Source: Candidatus Latescibacterota bacterium
GTDB taxonomy: Bacteria; Latescibacterota; UBA2968; UBA8231
Direction of reading: 5' to 3'
NCBI GenBank assembly: GCA_965197905.1
Contig: CBDAOB010000004.1
Location: forward strand, 448,001-512,000
DNA length: 64,000 nucleotides
A program made the translations under genes and the position numbers. Positions 49,193-59,505 of the stretch are shown piece after piece (the first letter of the stretch is position 1; each line of letters starts with the position of its first letter). Below the pieces are notes generated by a model, which made no database searches, was not told the DNA's origin, and was given only the letters and a program-made list of their open reading frames with translations.

Positions 49193-51313
49193 ATGGACTT
49201 TATCGACCGCCGTACGCTGGTCTGCCGGCACAATCCCGTACTGCTGAGCTTCGAACCCGCCTCGCCGCTGTCCGTAGGAAACGGCGAGTTCGCCTTTACG
49301 GCCGATAGCACCGGTCTTCAGAGCTTCCCCGAACTCTACGACTCCAGCGTTGAACTCAGCTCGCAGTCCCATCTAAAGGGGTCTGCCGAACGCTCTTACT
49401 GCGGCGTACCGCTCTGCACGCAGTCCCAGTGGGGCTGGCACACTTTTCCCTTGCCTGAAGGATTGAGTATCTCCGATTTCCAAATGGAGCTCTTCGACGC
49501 GCATGGGCGCAAAGTGGGGTATCCCACAAACGAAAAAGGTCAGGAGGAACTCTACAGTTGGCTGCGCCAGAATCCCCACCGACTGAACCTGGGCCGTCTC
49601 GGCCTGCGGCTACGGGGGCGGAGCGATGGGCGCCTGCTTACACCCAGGGACTTTACAGACATCGTCCAGACGCTCGATTTGTGGACGGGAATCCTCGATA
49701 GCCGGTTCTGCGTGGAAGGCGAACGCGTGGTCGTGGCGACCTGCTGTCACCCGCAGATTGATATGGTAGCGGTACGGATCAGCTCGGGGCTCGTCGAACG
49801 CGGGCAATTGGAGATCGAATTGGTGTTTCCCTATGGCTCGCCCCACAAGGATATGATCACCGCGGACTGGTCCAGCCCGGAGCGCCACAAGACCCTTATC
49901 CTCGGACGCACTGGCGACACCGTGGATCTCCAGCGGAAGTTGGATCAAGATCAGTATTTCGTCCGCTTCGCCTGGAGGGGGGAGGCGGATTTTGAACAAC
50001 AGGGAGCGCATTCTCTTGTTCTGCGTCCGGATAAATCCAGCGGACGTTTCGAGTTTCAAGTTGCTTTCTCTGCCACAAGAATGGCCGGCGCCATACCCGC
50101 CCCAAAGCAGACGTTTTCAGTGAGCATTGAACACTGGGAGCGGTTCTGGTCCACCGGCGGCGCCGTTGCAGTGGAAGGCAGCCGCGATAAGCGCGCCCCA
50201 GAGTTGGAGCGGCGCATCGTGCTGTCGCAATACCTCGCAGCGATTCAGTGTTCGGGTTCACTGCCACCGCAGGAAACAGGGCTGACCTGCAATAGCTGGC
50301 ACGGCAAGTTTCATCTGGAAATGGCCTGGTGGCATGGAGTCCACTTTGTCCTATGGGACCGCGCTCACCTCTTTGAAAGGTGTATGCCCTGGTATAAGGA
50401 GATCCTGCCGAAAGCGCGTGAGTGGGCGCAGTATCAGGGCTATGCGGGTGCGCGCTGGCCCAAGATGGTCGGGCCAGAGGGCCGCGACAGTCCTTCCCTT
50501 ATCGGTCCACTCCTTATTTGGCAACAACCCCACCCCATCGTTTTTGCCGAACTGTTCTATCGAGAGCACCCCGATCGTGAAACTCTGGAAAACTATCTGG
50601 AGATCGTCTCCGCCACGGCCGAGTTCATGGCGTCTTACGCCATTCTAAATCCAGTGACGGGATACTACGACCTGGGCCCACCAGTCATTCCCATGCAGGA
50701 GAATCACCCTCCAAGAGAGACCTGGAATCCCACCTATGAGCTGGAGTACTGGGCGTTTGGCCTCGAACTGGCGCAGCAATGGCGCGAGAGGATGGGCTTG
50801 GAGCGCGACTCAGAATGGGAAAAGGTAAGAACAAATCTGGCACCACTGCCGGTGAAAAACGGTCTGTATCTGGCGCACGAAAACTGCCCGCAGACGTACA
50901 CCGAAAGGAACTGGGACCATGCCGTGATGCTCAACGCGCTGGGCGTGATACCCGGCCCGCGGGTGGATCGCGAGACCATGCGCCGTACTCTGAAGAAGGT
51001 TGCGGATGTATGGCAGTGGGAGCGCGACTGGGGCACGGACTTCTTCACAGCGGCCATGACCGCAGCGCGAGTAGGCGAACCCCAACTGGCAGTTGATTTT
51101 TTGATGATGGAAACACCCAGGAACACCTATCTGGCCAACGGCCACAATGCAGGATGGCAATATCCGGTGTACCTGCCCGGCAATAACGGACTCCTGACTG
51201 CCGTGGCGTTGATGGCGGCAGGCTGGCAGGGACAACCAGAGTCGCATGCACCTGGCTTCCCCTCGGATGGGTCGTGGGCAGTGCGCTGGGAAGGATTGCG
51301 CGCCCGACTCTAG
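49193..51313 (+). CDS. GH65/GH95-like (alpha/alpha)6 glycoside hydrolase
   Basis: SVGNGEFAFTAD.TGLQ, NPHRLNLG, PQETGL..NSWHGKFHLEM, IWQQPHPI and YLPGN motifs. Confidence 0.75.
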   Translation: MDFIDRRTLVCRHNPVLLSFEPASPLSVGNGEFAFTADSTGLQSFPELYDSSVELSSQSHLKGSAERSYCGVPLCTQSQWGWHTFPLPEGLSISDFQMELFDAHGRKVGYPTNEKGQEELYSWLRQNPHRLNLGRLGLRLRGRSDGRLLTPRDFTDIVQTLDLWTGILDSRFCVEGERVVVATCCHPQIDMVAVRISSGLVERGQLEIELVFPYGSPHKDMITADWSSPERHKTLILGRTGDTVDLQRKLDQDQYFVRFAWRGEADFEQQGAHSLVLRPDKSSGRFEFQVAFSATRMAGAIPAPKQTFSVSIEHWERFWSTGGAVAVEGSRDKRAPELERRIVLSQYLAAIQCSGSLPPQETGLTCNSWHGKFHLEMAWWHGVHFVLWDRAHLFERCMPWYKEILPKAREWAQYQGYAGARWPKMVGPEGRDSPSLIGPLLIWQQPHPIVFAELFYREHPDRETLENYLEIVSATAEFMASYAILNPVTGYYDLGPPVIPMQENHPPRETWNPTYELEYWAFGLELAQQWRERMGLERDSEWEKVRTNLAPLPVKNGLYLAHENCPQTYTERNWDHAVMLNALGVIPGPRVDRETMRRTLKKVADVWQWERDWGTDFFTAAMTAARVGEPQLAVDFLMMETPRNTYLANGHNAGWQYPVYLPGNNGLLTAVALMAAGWQGQPESHAPGFPSDGSWAVRWEGLRARL

Positions 51314-51315
51314 GT

Positions 51316-53289
51316 ATGAGGCGAAACAATACGGATGACGACCTAAGAGTGATGATCGACGACTCTTCGCCGATCATCACTCTTCGCGCTCTGGTCTTGG
51401 GTGTACTGACCATCGCTGTCGTGTTCTACTACGTTGTCCATATAGGACAGGGAATGCGCGTGGGGAGTTATGTGAAGTCGCAGTTCCCCATGACGGTATG
51501 GATTCCGTTCGTGCTGTGGTTGTTAGTGAATGCAGCGCTCAAACGATTGTTGCCACGCCTGGTTCTACGCCGTGGTGAAATACTGGCCATTTTCACGATG
51601 CTCTGGGTGGTGGGCACAATCCCGCAGGACGGGTGGATCAATTACTGGATAAGCGTACTGACGACGGCTAGCTATTTTGCCTCTCCGGAGAACCAGTGGG
51701 CCGAGACAATATTCGATTTTCTGCCCTGGAAGCTGTTTCCGCCTACGGCACCGGAAGTGATCGATGCCTTCTGGTTGGGTCTCCCCGAAGGAGCGGGCAC
51801 ACCTTGGATTAGATGGCTGGGCGTGATCAATTAGTGGCTGCTCGTGTCAGTGGCGATGGTGGTGGTTGGATTCTGTCTGATGGTTCTCTTTCAACGGCAT
51901 TGGGTTGAAGGGGAGAAGTTGACCTTCCCATTGGCGCAGATGCCGCTGGATTTGACGCAGGGGCTAGAGGGGTCGCGGCGAATACCGGATATTTTTAGCT
52001 CACGTCTGTTCCAGATCGGGGTTGCACTAGTTCTTGTTCCTACCTTCTACAATATCGGGACCTATTTTGCACCGGGGCTGCCGACTGTAGATCTCTATTT
52101 CAGGCACTACAACCTCCAGATCGAACCAGGCCTGCCGCTTACGATATGGTTCAGGGTGATGCCGCTGGTACTGGCCGTGGCCTATCTCTGTCCTCTGGAT
52201 ATCCTGAGCAGCCTAATCTTCTTCTACTGGATCTCCCTAGTCAAAGAGTGGGCGATGTGGAGGGTGGGATTCACTGTGGGGGACGAGGGCCAACAGATCA
52301 GTGGTGCGGAGATTCTCTACATGGAGAGCTACGGTGCTCTGCTTTTCGTGGCGTTGTGGTCGATCTGGTTGGCGCGACGGCACCTGCGAAACGTCTGGCA
52401 TCAGGTACGCACTGGGGAAGGCGAAAAGGGCGAGATACTCCACTACCGCCTGGCCCTTATCGGCTTGGTTTTGTCAGCAGCCTACGTGATCAACTGGTCC
52501 GTGGATTTGGGAATGAGCCTGACGTTAGCTCTTGGAACATTCGTACTGATGACACTGGTGTACTTTGTCACAGTCAAGCTGATAGCGGCTACGGGTTTTG
52601 CATATCTCTTTCCCAACATACCGCATGTCAAGGGCGAGAGTTTCATCGTCGAGTTGGTCGGTTCGATTCACCTGTCTCAGCAGAACCTGGTTGCCTTCAA
52701 AATGTTTACCAGCCACGCATTTTTTGGAACCTTCCGCATACCAGCGTGGCCGGCTATCCCCCATCACCTGCGGGTATTCTCTCTGCGGCACCAGCCCGGG
52801 TTGGTGACGGCGACGGTGTTGATCGCGTTTCCGGTGGGCTTTTTGGTGGCCGTGGGAGCGACTATTGAGATGGCCTATGACAGCGGGGCATCGGTCGTCC
52901 TATCGTGGGAGCCACGGTTCTTCAATGGCATGGTCCGTCTGTTGAATGAACCTACTGTTCCGGATTTGGGAAAGTGGGCTGTCTGGCTCTGGGGCTTTTT
53001 TGAGGCGGCGGGGATCGCCTTTTTACGAGCGCGCTTTCACTGGTTTCCATTCCATCCCATAGGTCTGGCCTTCCAGCATACTTTTGGTACCTGGCTCTAC
53101 TGGTTCAGTCTGCTTCTAGTTTGCATTGTCAAGTTAAGCCTGCTGCGCTATGGCGGAGTGCGGGCTTATCAGGCAACGAAGCCTCTTTTCTACGGGCTCG
53201 CCATAGGGTATGTGGTTGGGGTGATGCTTTCGGTGGTAGCGGATCTGATATGGTTTCCGGAAGCTGCTCATTTTCTGCATCGGTGGTAG
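51316..53289 (+). pseudogene. Polytopic membrane protein (DUF6785-like putative transporter) with in-frame TAG at 51832-51834
   Basis: Two ORFs in one frame (WLGVIN*WLLVS). W..EKLTFPLAQMP and RFHWFPFHPIG motifs. Many TM helices. Confidence 0.75.
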
Positions 53290-53522
53290 ATGAATTACCC
53301 TTGGGGTGCAAGTTTTTTGTGGGGCAGCTTACTGCACCATTGGCACTTTCCAGTATCCGGTTAGTTGCAGCCAACAATTATCGTTTGCTTCGAGACGACG
53401 TACTCAGTGCCTGATTATCTCGTCAACGTTTCCCGCAGATCGGCATTCTTGAATTCTATGGTTGCGTCGGCTTCCAATCGGGTAACAGTAGGGAATCCTC
53501 AATAGAAAGCGCTCGATTCGGC

Positions 53523-56243
53523 ATGGCAGAAAATCAAGAAGAGCACCCTCAAAAAGGTGCTCCGGTAGATCTGCGCACGGAATATTTGGAATCTCCGATT
53601 GGACTCGAAGTCCGGCGGCCGGTGCTTTCCTGGCGATTGCCCTGGACAACACGCGGGGCCGCACAAACGGGCTTCCGCGTCGTGGCCGCGTCCTCTTTTG
53701 CCCTGCTAGAGCAGAGCGGGCCTTATGTCTGGGACTCCGGCAGAGTTGCTTCAGGCAATACATCAGTTGGTTACGCAGGCCCTGGGATCTCCAGCGGGGA
53801 CCGTCTCTATTTCAAGGTTCAGGCATGGGATGAGACGGGAAAGCCCACTGCATGGAGCCAGACGGCATTCTTTGAAATGGGTTTGCTCCATGCCGGCGAA
53901 TGGCAAGGTCCTTGGATGGCCGCACCTGGCATTCTGGTACCTCTGTTTCGCTCTACTTTCAATCTTGCAGATCCGGAAGACGTAATTGCGCACGCGCGGC
54001 TCTACGTTTCAGGGCTTGGCTATTTCGAAGCGCGGCTCAACGGGGAAAAGCTCGGCACACAAGTGCTGGCACCGGAGTATTCGGACTACACACAGCAAAT
54101 CTATTACCTCACGTTTGACGTAGAACCTCACCTGCGCCAAGGGGAAAACGTTCTTGGCCTTATTCTGGGACGCGGCTGGTTCGAGCACTTTGAATACGGC
54201 CAGTCTCAGTTTCGCTGCCAACTGCAGATTGCCCGCCGCGACGGCTCTACACAAATCATTGCCGCGCGTCCTGACGAGTGGCGGATGGCCACCGGCCCCT
54301 GGCTCGAGTGCGACATCTACAATGGCGAAAGTTACGACGCGCGGCTGGAAAAGGAGGGCTGGGACTGGCCTGGCTACGACGAGAGAGGCGAATGGAGCAG
54401 GGTCAAAGCCGCCCGCAAGCAGGCGCCGGGGAAACTGGTTGGCTTGCGTACTCAACCTATCAGCGTAACCCAGGATCTGAAGCCCGTGGCAGTGAATGAA
54501 GCTAGGTCGGGTACCATTGTTCTGGATTTCGGCCAGAATATGGCGGGCTGGGTGAAACTGCGCCTGAGCGGAAGATCCGGCACCGTCGTCCGCATGCGCT
54601 TTGCCGAGTGGCGCGGTGACGATGGCACCGTGGATCAGGAAAACCTAGAGGGAGCCCGGGCCACTGATCATTACACCCTAAAGGGCTCCGGAATCGAGAC
54701 CTGGGAACCACGGTTTACCTACCATGGATTTCGCTACGTTCAGCTCGATGGACTACCTGCACTTCCCGAAGAGTGGTCTGCCAGCGCCCGCTGCGTGCAT
54801 TCCGACGTTCCGCGCCGCGGTCGCTTTGTCTGCTCGGACGAGCGTCTTACTCGACTCAGCCTCAACGTCGACTGGTCCCTGCGCAGCAATATGATGAGCA
54901 TCTTTACGGATTGTCCGCAGCGCGATGAACGCCAAGGATGGCTAGGTGACGGGCATCTTGTGGCGGAAACAGTCTTCCATCACTTCAATCCAGGTGCTTT
55001 TTACCGCAAATGGCTGGAAGACATTCGCGGGACCCAGGACGAAGAGGGTCGACGCTGGTCCCCTACCGCACCGGTTTGGGTATTGGACCGAGACGATGCC
55101 ACCGGCGGCAAAGTTGGTTATTTCAGCAAGCCGGAACGCGTGACTCAAGAAGATGTTGTATGGACGGCGGCAGGGACGTCGATCCCCTGGTATCTCTACC
55201 TGTACAATAACGATGTCCGCGTTATTGAAGAGCATTTGCCGGTTATTGAAAAACACATTGACTTTATCATGTCCCAACCGCACGCTCCGCTCGTTCCTTT
55301 CAACAGATTTGGAGATTGGATGTACGTGGATTTTGCCGACCCCAAGGGTCCGACCGATAGGGTCCTACTTTCCACTGCTATCTTTCTCGAGCAGGTGAAT
55401 TGCGCGGTCGGCATGGCGGCGGCGCTTCAGCGCTTGCCGTTGCAGGCAAAACTGGAGAAGTATGGGGCAGAAATATCAAGAGCCTTGCGCACTCGCTTCT
55501 ACCAATCGGAGCACCATACGTTTGGCAGCCAGACGGCTGATGCGCTTGCGCTCACGGTTGGATTTGTGCCCCAGACAGAACGGCAAAGCGTTGTCGATCA
55601 TCTCGTCGAAGATATCCGGGAAAACCATTCCGGCCACCTCGCTGCGGGGATCGTCGGCACGAGATTCCTGTTGGAAGCGCTCTCTCGCGAAGGTCGTTTC
55701 GACGTGGCCTACGGCATCGTCACCGCAGAAGGATTTCCAGGCTGGATGGAGATGTTGAAGAACGGAGCCACCACCATTACGGAACGCTGGCACTACAAAG
55801 GCCATGTGGACAATTCCCACAACCATGCAGCATTCGGTGTTGTGAGCGCCTGGATGTTCCGCTGGATCGGTGGGGTGCGAATCGATCCTGACTTTCCCGG
55901 GTACGGACATTTCACGGTGGCACCGGAAACACCGGCAGATCTGGATTTCGCCAGGGTCGAGCTCGATACAGTTCGCGGCCCACTCGTCGCCGGCTGGGAG
56001 CAGACCGAGATGGGATTCATTCTCGATCTGCAAGTCCCTCCGACTGCTCTGGCTACGGTCGTCTTTCCGGGCAGTGAACGTGCGGATGTAGTGCTGCTCG
56101 AGAGCGACAAACTCTGTGTTGCGACGGATTTCTTGACACTGAAGGATCCCGATCCAGACAACGGAAGGAAGAGGGTCAGCGTAAAAAGTGGGGAGTATCA
56201 TTTTTCGGTGGTTAATCACAACCCTCAGATTCGTCCGACATAA
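53523..56243 (+). CDS. Alpha-L-rhamnosidase, GH78
   Basis: LDFGQNMAGW, FTYHGFRYV, TDCPQRDERQGWLGD, GATTITERW and SHNH motifs. Confidence 0.93.
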   Translation: MAENQEEHPQKGAPVDLRTEYLESPIGLEVRRPVLSWRLPWTTRGAAQTGFRVVAASSFALLEQSGPYVWDSGRVASGNTSVGYAGPGISSGDRLYFKVQAWDETGKPTAWSQTAFFEMGLLHAGEWQGPWMAAPGILVPLFRSTFNLADPEDVIAHARLYVSGLGYFEARLNGEKLGTQVLAPEYSDYTQQIYYLTFDVEPHLRQGENVLGLILGRGWFEHFEYGQSQFRCQLQIARRDGSTQIIAARPDEWRMATGPWLECDIYNGESYDARLEKEGWDWPGYDERGEWSRVKAARKQAPGKLVGLRTQPISVTQDLKPVAVNEARSGTIVLDFGQNMAGWVKLRLSGRSGTVVRMRFAEWRGDDGTVDQENLEGARATDHYTLKGSGIETWEPRFTYHGFRYVQLDGLPALPEEWSASARCVHSDVPRRGRFVCSDERLTRLSLNVDWSLRSNMMSIFTDCPQRDERQGWLGDGHLVAETVFHHFNPGAFYRKWLEDIRGTQDEEGRRWSPTAPVWVLDRDDATGGKVGYFSKPERVTQEDVVWTAAGTSIPWYLYLYNNDVRVIEEHLPVIEKHIDFIMSQPHAPLVPFNRFGDWMYVDFADPKGPTDRVLLSTAIFLEQVNCAVGMAAALQRLPLQAKLEKYGAEISRALRTRFYQSEHHTFGSQTADALALTVGFVPQTERQSVVDHLVEDIRENHSGHLAAGIVGTRFLLEALSREGRFDVAYGIVTAEGFPGWMEMLKNGATTITERWHYKGHVDNSHNHAAFGVVSAWMFRWIGGVRIDPDFPGYGHFTVAPETPADLDFARVELDTVRGPLVAGWEQTEMGFILDLQVPPTALATVVFPGSERADVVLLESDKLCVATDFLTLKDPDPDNGRKRVSVKSGEYHFSVVNHNPQIRPT

Positions 56244-56696
56244 GTTCTGCCCTGATTGCGCGTCAAGGAAGGATATATTGAGGTCGCCGCTGCTTAGGCG
56301 AAGGATGCTGTTTAGACCTGCCAGGTTGGTAAGCGAGGCATTAAGCTGAAGAATTACGCTCCCGCCTAGTTAGATTACTTAGTCTCTCAAGGTTGGTGCC
56401 TCGGGGGAACGGGTGACGAATGCGGCGCCCATGCCAAGTGCTCGGGGACGCATGCCGGTGTTGCCCATCTTGCGTCGCGGTAGTTCGGTCAATCAGGTTT
56501 TCCCCTTCCTAACTACGTACACCGGTGCTGCTCAAATGAACCGTGGACGTGAGTCGCGAATACTACCGATCGTCGGGACTTGCGGTCAAATCGGAAGAGA
56601 CTGACCGGGTCGCCACCGCGCTTAATCCGCCGCTTATCGCCCAGTACCTGGCACACCGACGGAGGACGATGGCGCCTGACCGTGCCTGTCCGTACA

Positions 56697-57383
56697 ATGC
56701 CGTTCATGTTTGCGATCTTCAAGAGGCTGCTACGTCAAGCCAGACAAAAGCGGTGGGCTAACCTGCTGGTGGTAACTCTGCGCATCGGCCTCGCCTTTGC
56801 CTTTGTGCCGGCGGGGCTGAAGAAGGTGATATATCAGCCCTTTACCGATCCGCAGAACACGGGTCTCTTTCATGAATTTCTCCACGCCTTCTACGCCACG
56901 GGCGCCTTCTACTCATTCGTTGGAATCATGCAACTCCTGGCGGCCCTGCTGCTCCTTTCTCAGCGTTTTGCCTTGGTGGGGGCGCTCATCCTTCTGCCCA
57001 TTGTTTCGACCATTCTCGTGTTTTGCTGGAGTACGAAGGTCTACCCCACGGCGACGGTTGTGACGTTCATGTTTGCCGCCACATCGGGCCTTGTCCTGTG
57101 GGACTGGCAGAAATGGCGCACTGTTTTCTTCCAGGATCAGCGGGGTGGTGAGATTCGGATGGAGCCCCCCTCTGTCTCCGTGGACCTGAATCTGTGGACC
57201 GGGTGCGGAATCCTGGTCACGTCGCTGTACCTGTTGGTCTGTGTCCTGACGGGTGGCGTCTACCGCCCTAAAGATGCCGAGTTCGACCGTCCTGCTTTTT
57301 ACATCTTCCCCCTGATGCTCCTGATCGTCGCCGCGACCTTCATCATCGACCAAATCCGATACCGACGGTCGATCCGGGGCTGA
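56697..57383 (+). CDS. DoxX-like membrane protein
   Basis: LRIGLAFAFVPAGLKK and FYATG.FY.FVG..Q motifs; several TM helices. Confidence 0.7.
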   Translation: MPFMFAIFKRLLRQARQKRWANLLVVTLRIGLAFAFVPAGLKKVIYQPFTDPQNTGLFHEFLHAFYATGAFYSFVGIMQLLAALLLLSQRFALVGALILLPIVSTILVFCWSTKVYPTATVVTFMFAATSGLVLWDWQKWRTVFFQDQRGGEIRMEPPSVSVDLNLWTGCGILVTSLYLLVCVLTGGVYRPKDAEFDRPAFYIFPLMLLIVAATFIIDQIRYRRSIRG

Positions 57384-57522
57384 GTTTACTTGCCGATGCG
57401 CTCTTCGCTGAGACCGTAGTCAGGGGATGTATCGACCGCGGCCGGCCTCTTCTTCACATCTCGCCGATCGACGTGAGAGAGGGGGACTTCTCCCGGGAAA
57501 TTATGGTTGCAGTGGGCCGATA

Positions 57523-58256
57523 TTACCCAGCCACATTCACCTGCTGCTCAGCGATATTAATCTGCACGTTCACGCCCAGCAGCTTCCGCACCTGAGCCAG
57601 CGACCATCATCCAATGTCCGTCGCACCTGCTTCTGCCATCATCTCGTTTAGAGAACGAACTGCTTCTTCTATCGACACCGTTGTCCGGTTCGAATTTTCG
57701 ATCTGCTGCTCTACCTGCTTCGGATACAGATCTCGGAACAGCTGGAAAAACACCCTGGGCTCGGTATCGAGCAGTTCCGCCAGCTTGATGCGGCCCAGAC
57801 CACCTTCGTTGTAGACTTCGATAAACTCCTGCTTCAGTGAAGTAAATCGATTTCTACTGCCCTTCCGGCGCCCCGGATTGCCAGCGGCAAACCTACCTTT
57901 TCCATCTCGTCCGTTCTCTGTCATCCGTACATCTCCGTTGTTTGCGGCATCGAGGAAGTCCCCTTTCGGTGCTGTTGCATTATCTCTCCCAGGTCAGTTT
58001 CGTTTCAGCCACGGTGCATGTGTGTGCCGAATGGGTTTTCCGAGGGAATCGCAATCCGAAAGGAAATGATGAAGATCTTGGTGTGCTTCCGGCCAGCACC
58101 GCGGAACATCCGGGTACCAGACGGTCCTTCCTGGTGGATCTCCCCTACCATAACGGATTTCCAGCGTAGGGATGCTCCCCCCAGGGGTTGGGATGCGTTT
58201 AATTTGCACGGAAACCCCCTTCAAACTGCGGAAATTTCCATCTTCGGGTGGTTTTG
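57523..58256 (-). mobile_element. Remnant of small phage-like element, copy 1
   Basis: 57523-57600 matches 62820-62897 and 57992-58256 matches 63649-63909. Confidence 0.7.
57607..57924 (-). CDS. Terminase-small-subunit/DUF5681-like phage protein
   Basis: RDGKGRFAAGNPGRRKGSRN N-terminus. GGAG RBS. Confidence 0.6.
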   Translation of the reverse strand: MTENGRDGKGRFAAGNPGRRKGSRNRFTSLKQEFIEVYNEGGLGRIKLAELLDTEPRVFFQLFRDLYPKQVEQQIENSNRTTVSIEEAVRSLNEMMAEAGATDIG

Positions 58257-58377
58257 GTGTCTGATGATTCCAGAGAAGCTAAGGCCCGACTTTAGCGCCC
58301 GCCTCAAGCTCTATCAGGCGCGGAAGCCCTATCGAACTGGGTCGGGGAGATAGAGAAACTCTCCCCCGCGAGGCTAA

Positions 58378-59232
58378 CTACTCTTCCAACTCGCCGGCGA
58401 GACGTTTGAGGTGATTCTCCCGGGGCTCATGAGCCCTTATCAAAGCAGCCCGGGGCACTTCGATGTGGGGCAACAACTCAGGGCCGGAGCGCACGAAGCC
58501 CTCGGCGAAATCGGTCCCCCCGCGCCAACCGAAGGATCCGGTCTGGATCTCTACCCGCTTGCGGCCGAAGGCCTCGCTTTGCGACTGGCTGGCGAACAGC
58601 ATTTCGGCCTGGATCCGTCGCTCCTTCCAGGCGGAGATGTCCACGTAAAAATCGATTTCATCCGGCTGGAAGTAGACGGCGGGATAATAGGTGGCGGCGA
58701 TCGTGTGAGGCGTCTGGGTGCTGCCAAAGTCCGGAATGCCCGCCAGGGCCTGCGCTTCCATGGTTGCGAACGCGGTTTCGAGGTGATCGTCGTGGCCGGC
58801 ATTCGTCAGGCGTTTAGGTCCATTCAGGAACGGGCTCTGCGGAACGAGGACGTCGGGGCGCACTTCCAGGATTATGTCCCTGAGCGCCTCGACTGCTGCC
58901 GGGGTTCTCTTGAACGGCTTATCGGGGAAGTCCAACACGCGGACATCGGCAATCCCGAACAGGGCGCAGACCTGGCCCAGCTCCTTCTTCTTGGTGGCCA
59001 TGTAGTCATCGCCGGACTGCTCGAGGACCGCGGGATCGCGCTCGGCCTCCGGCTTCAGCAGTTCGTCGTGGAGTTTCTCGTTGTGGGTGTGGCCGCCGCC
59101 GGTCACGGAGACCACGGTGACTTCGTCACCCATGGCCGCGTGGATTCCACACGTCCCCGAGCAGTGGGTGAAGTCGTGCGGGTGGGCGGTTATTACCAAA
59201 AACTTCAGCTTTTTGCGCTCGGCCACGGCCAT
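58378..59232 (-). CDS. PIG-L/LmbE family deacetylase
   Basis: ITAHPHD, VTGG, RPDV, HDDH, YVDIS, SQ and AEGF motifs. Confidence 0.85.
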   Translation of the reverse strand: MAVAERKKLKFLVITAHPHDFTHCSGTCGIHAAMGDEVTVVSVTGGGHTHNEKLHDELLKPEAERDPAVLEQSGDDYMATKKKELGQVCALFGIADVRVLDFPDKPFKRTPAAVEALRDIILEVRPDVLVPQSPFLNGPKRLTNAGHDDHLETAFATMEAQALAGIPDFGSTQTPHTIAATYYPAVYFQPDEIDFYVDISAWKERRIQAEMLFASQSQSEAFGRKRVEIQTGSFGWRGGTDFAEGFVRSGPELLPHIEVPRAALIRAHEPRENHLKRLAGELEE

Positions 59233-59505
59233 TTCCTTTCGCTGTCGGGTGTCGGCAGCATGAACATATTTTCACACCGACCCAGAGTCAAAGATGCGCT
59301 GACCCGTAGGGCCGGGATTCATCGTCCACCATGGTCACGATGTAGCTCCGGTCACGTTCGAGACGTGCTGAAGGGTCGTAGCAGCCGAATGTGTATTCAG
59401 CGTCGACTCAAGTCGTCGCCAAGATCCGTCGAGTCGAATTGTCCCTTCTGGCTGCAGACGGCGACGACCAGCAGTTCGAAGTCCTCTTCCGTGGTGGCGA
59501 CGGCG

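Noticed and set aside
51832..51834. Pyrrolysine at the in-frame TAG
   Set aside because: It lies in a TM helix of a non-methyltransferase, no pyl genes are visible, and TGG->TAG is the simpler explanation.
59305..59330. GTAG-type REP element (CGTAGGGCCGGGATTCATC)
   Set aside because: Single copy, incomplete palindrome and no associated transposase.
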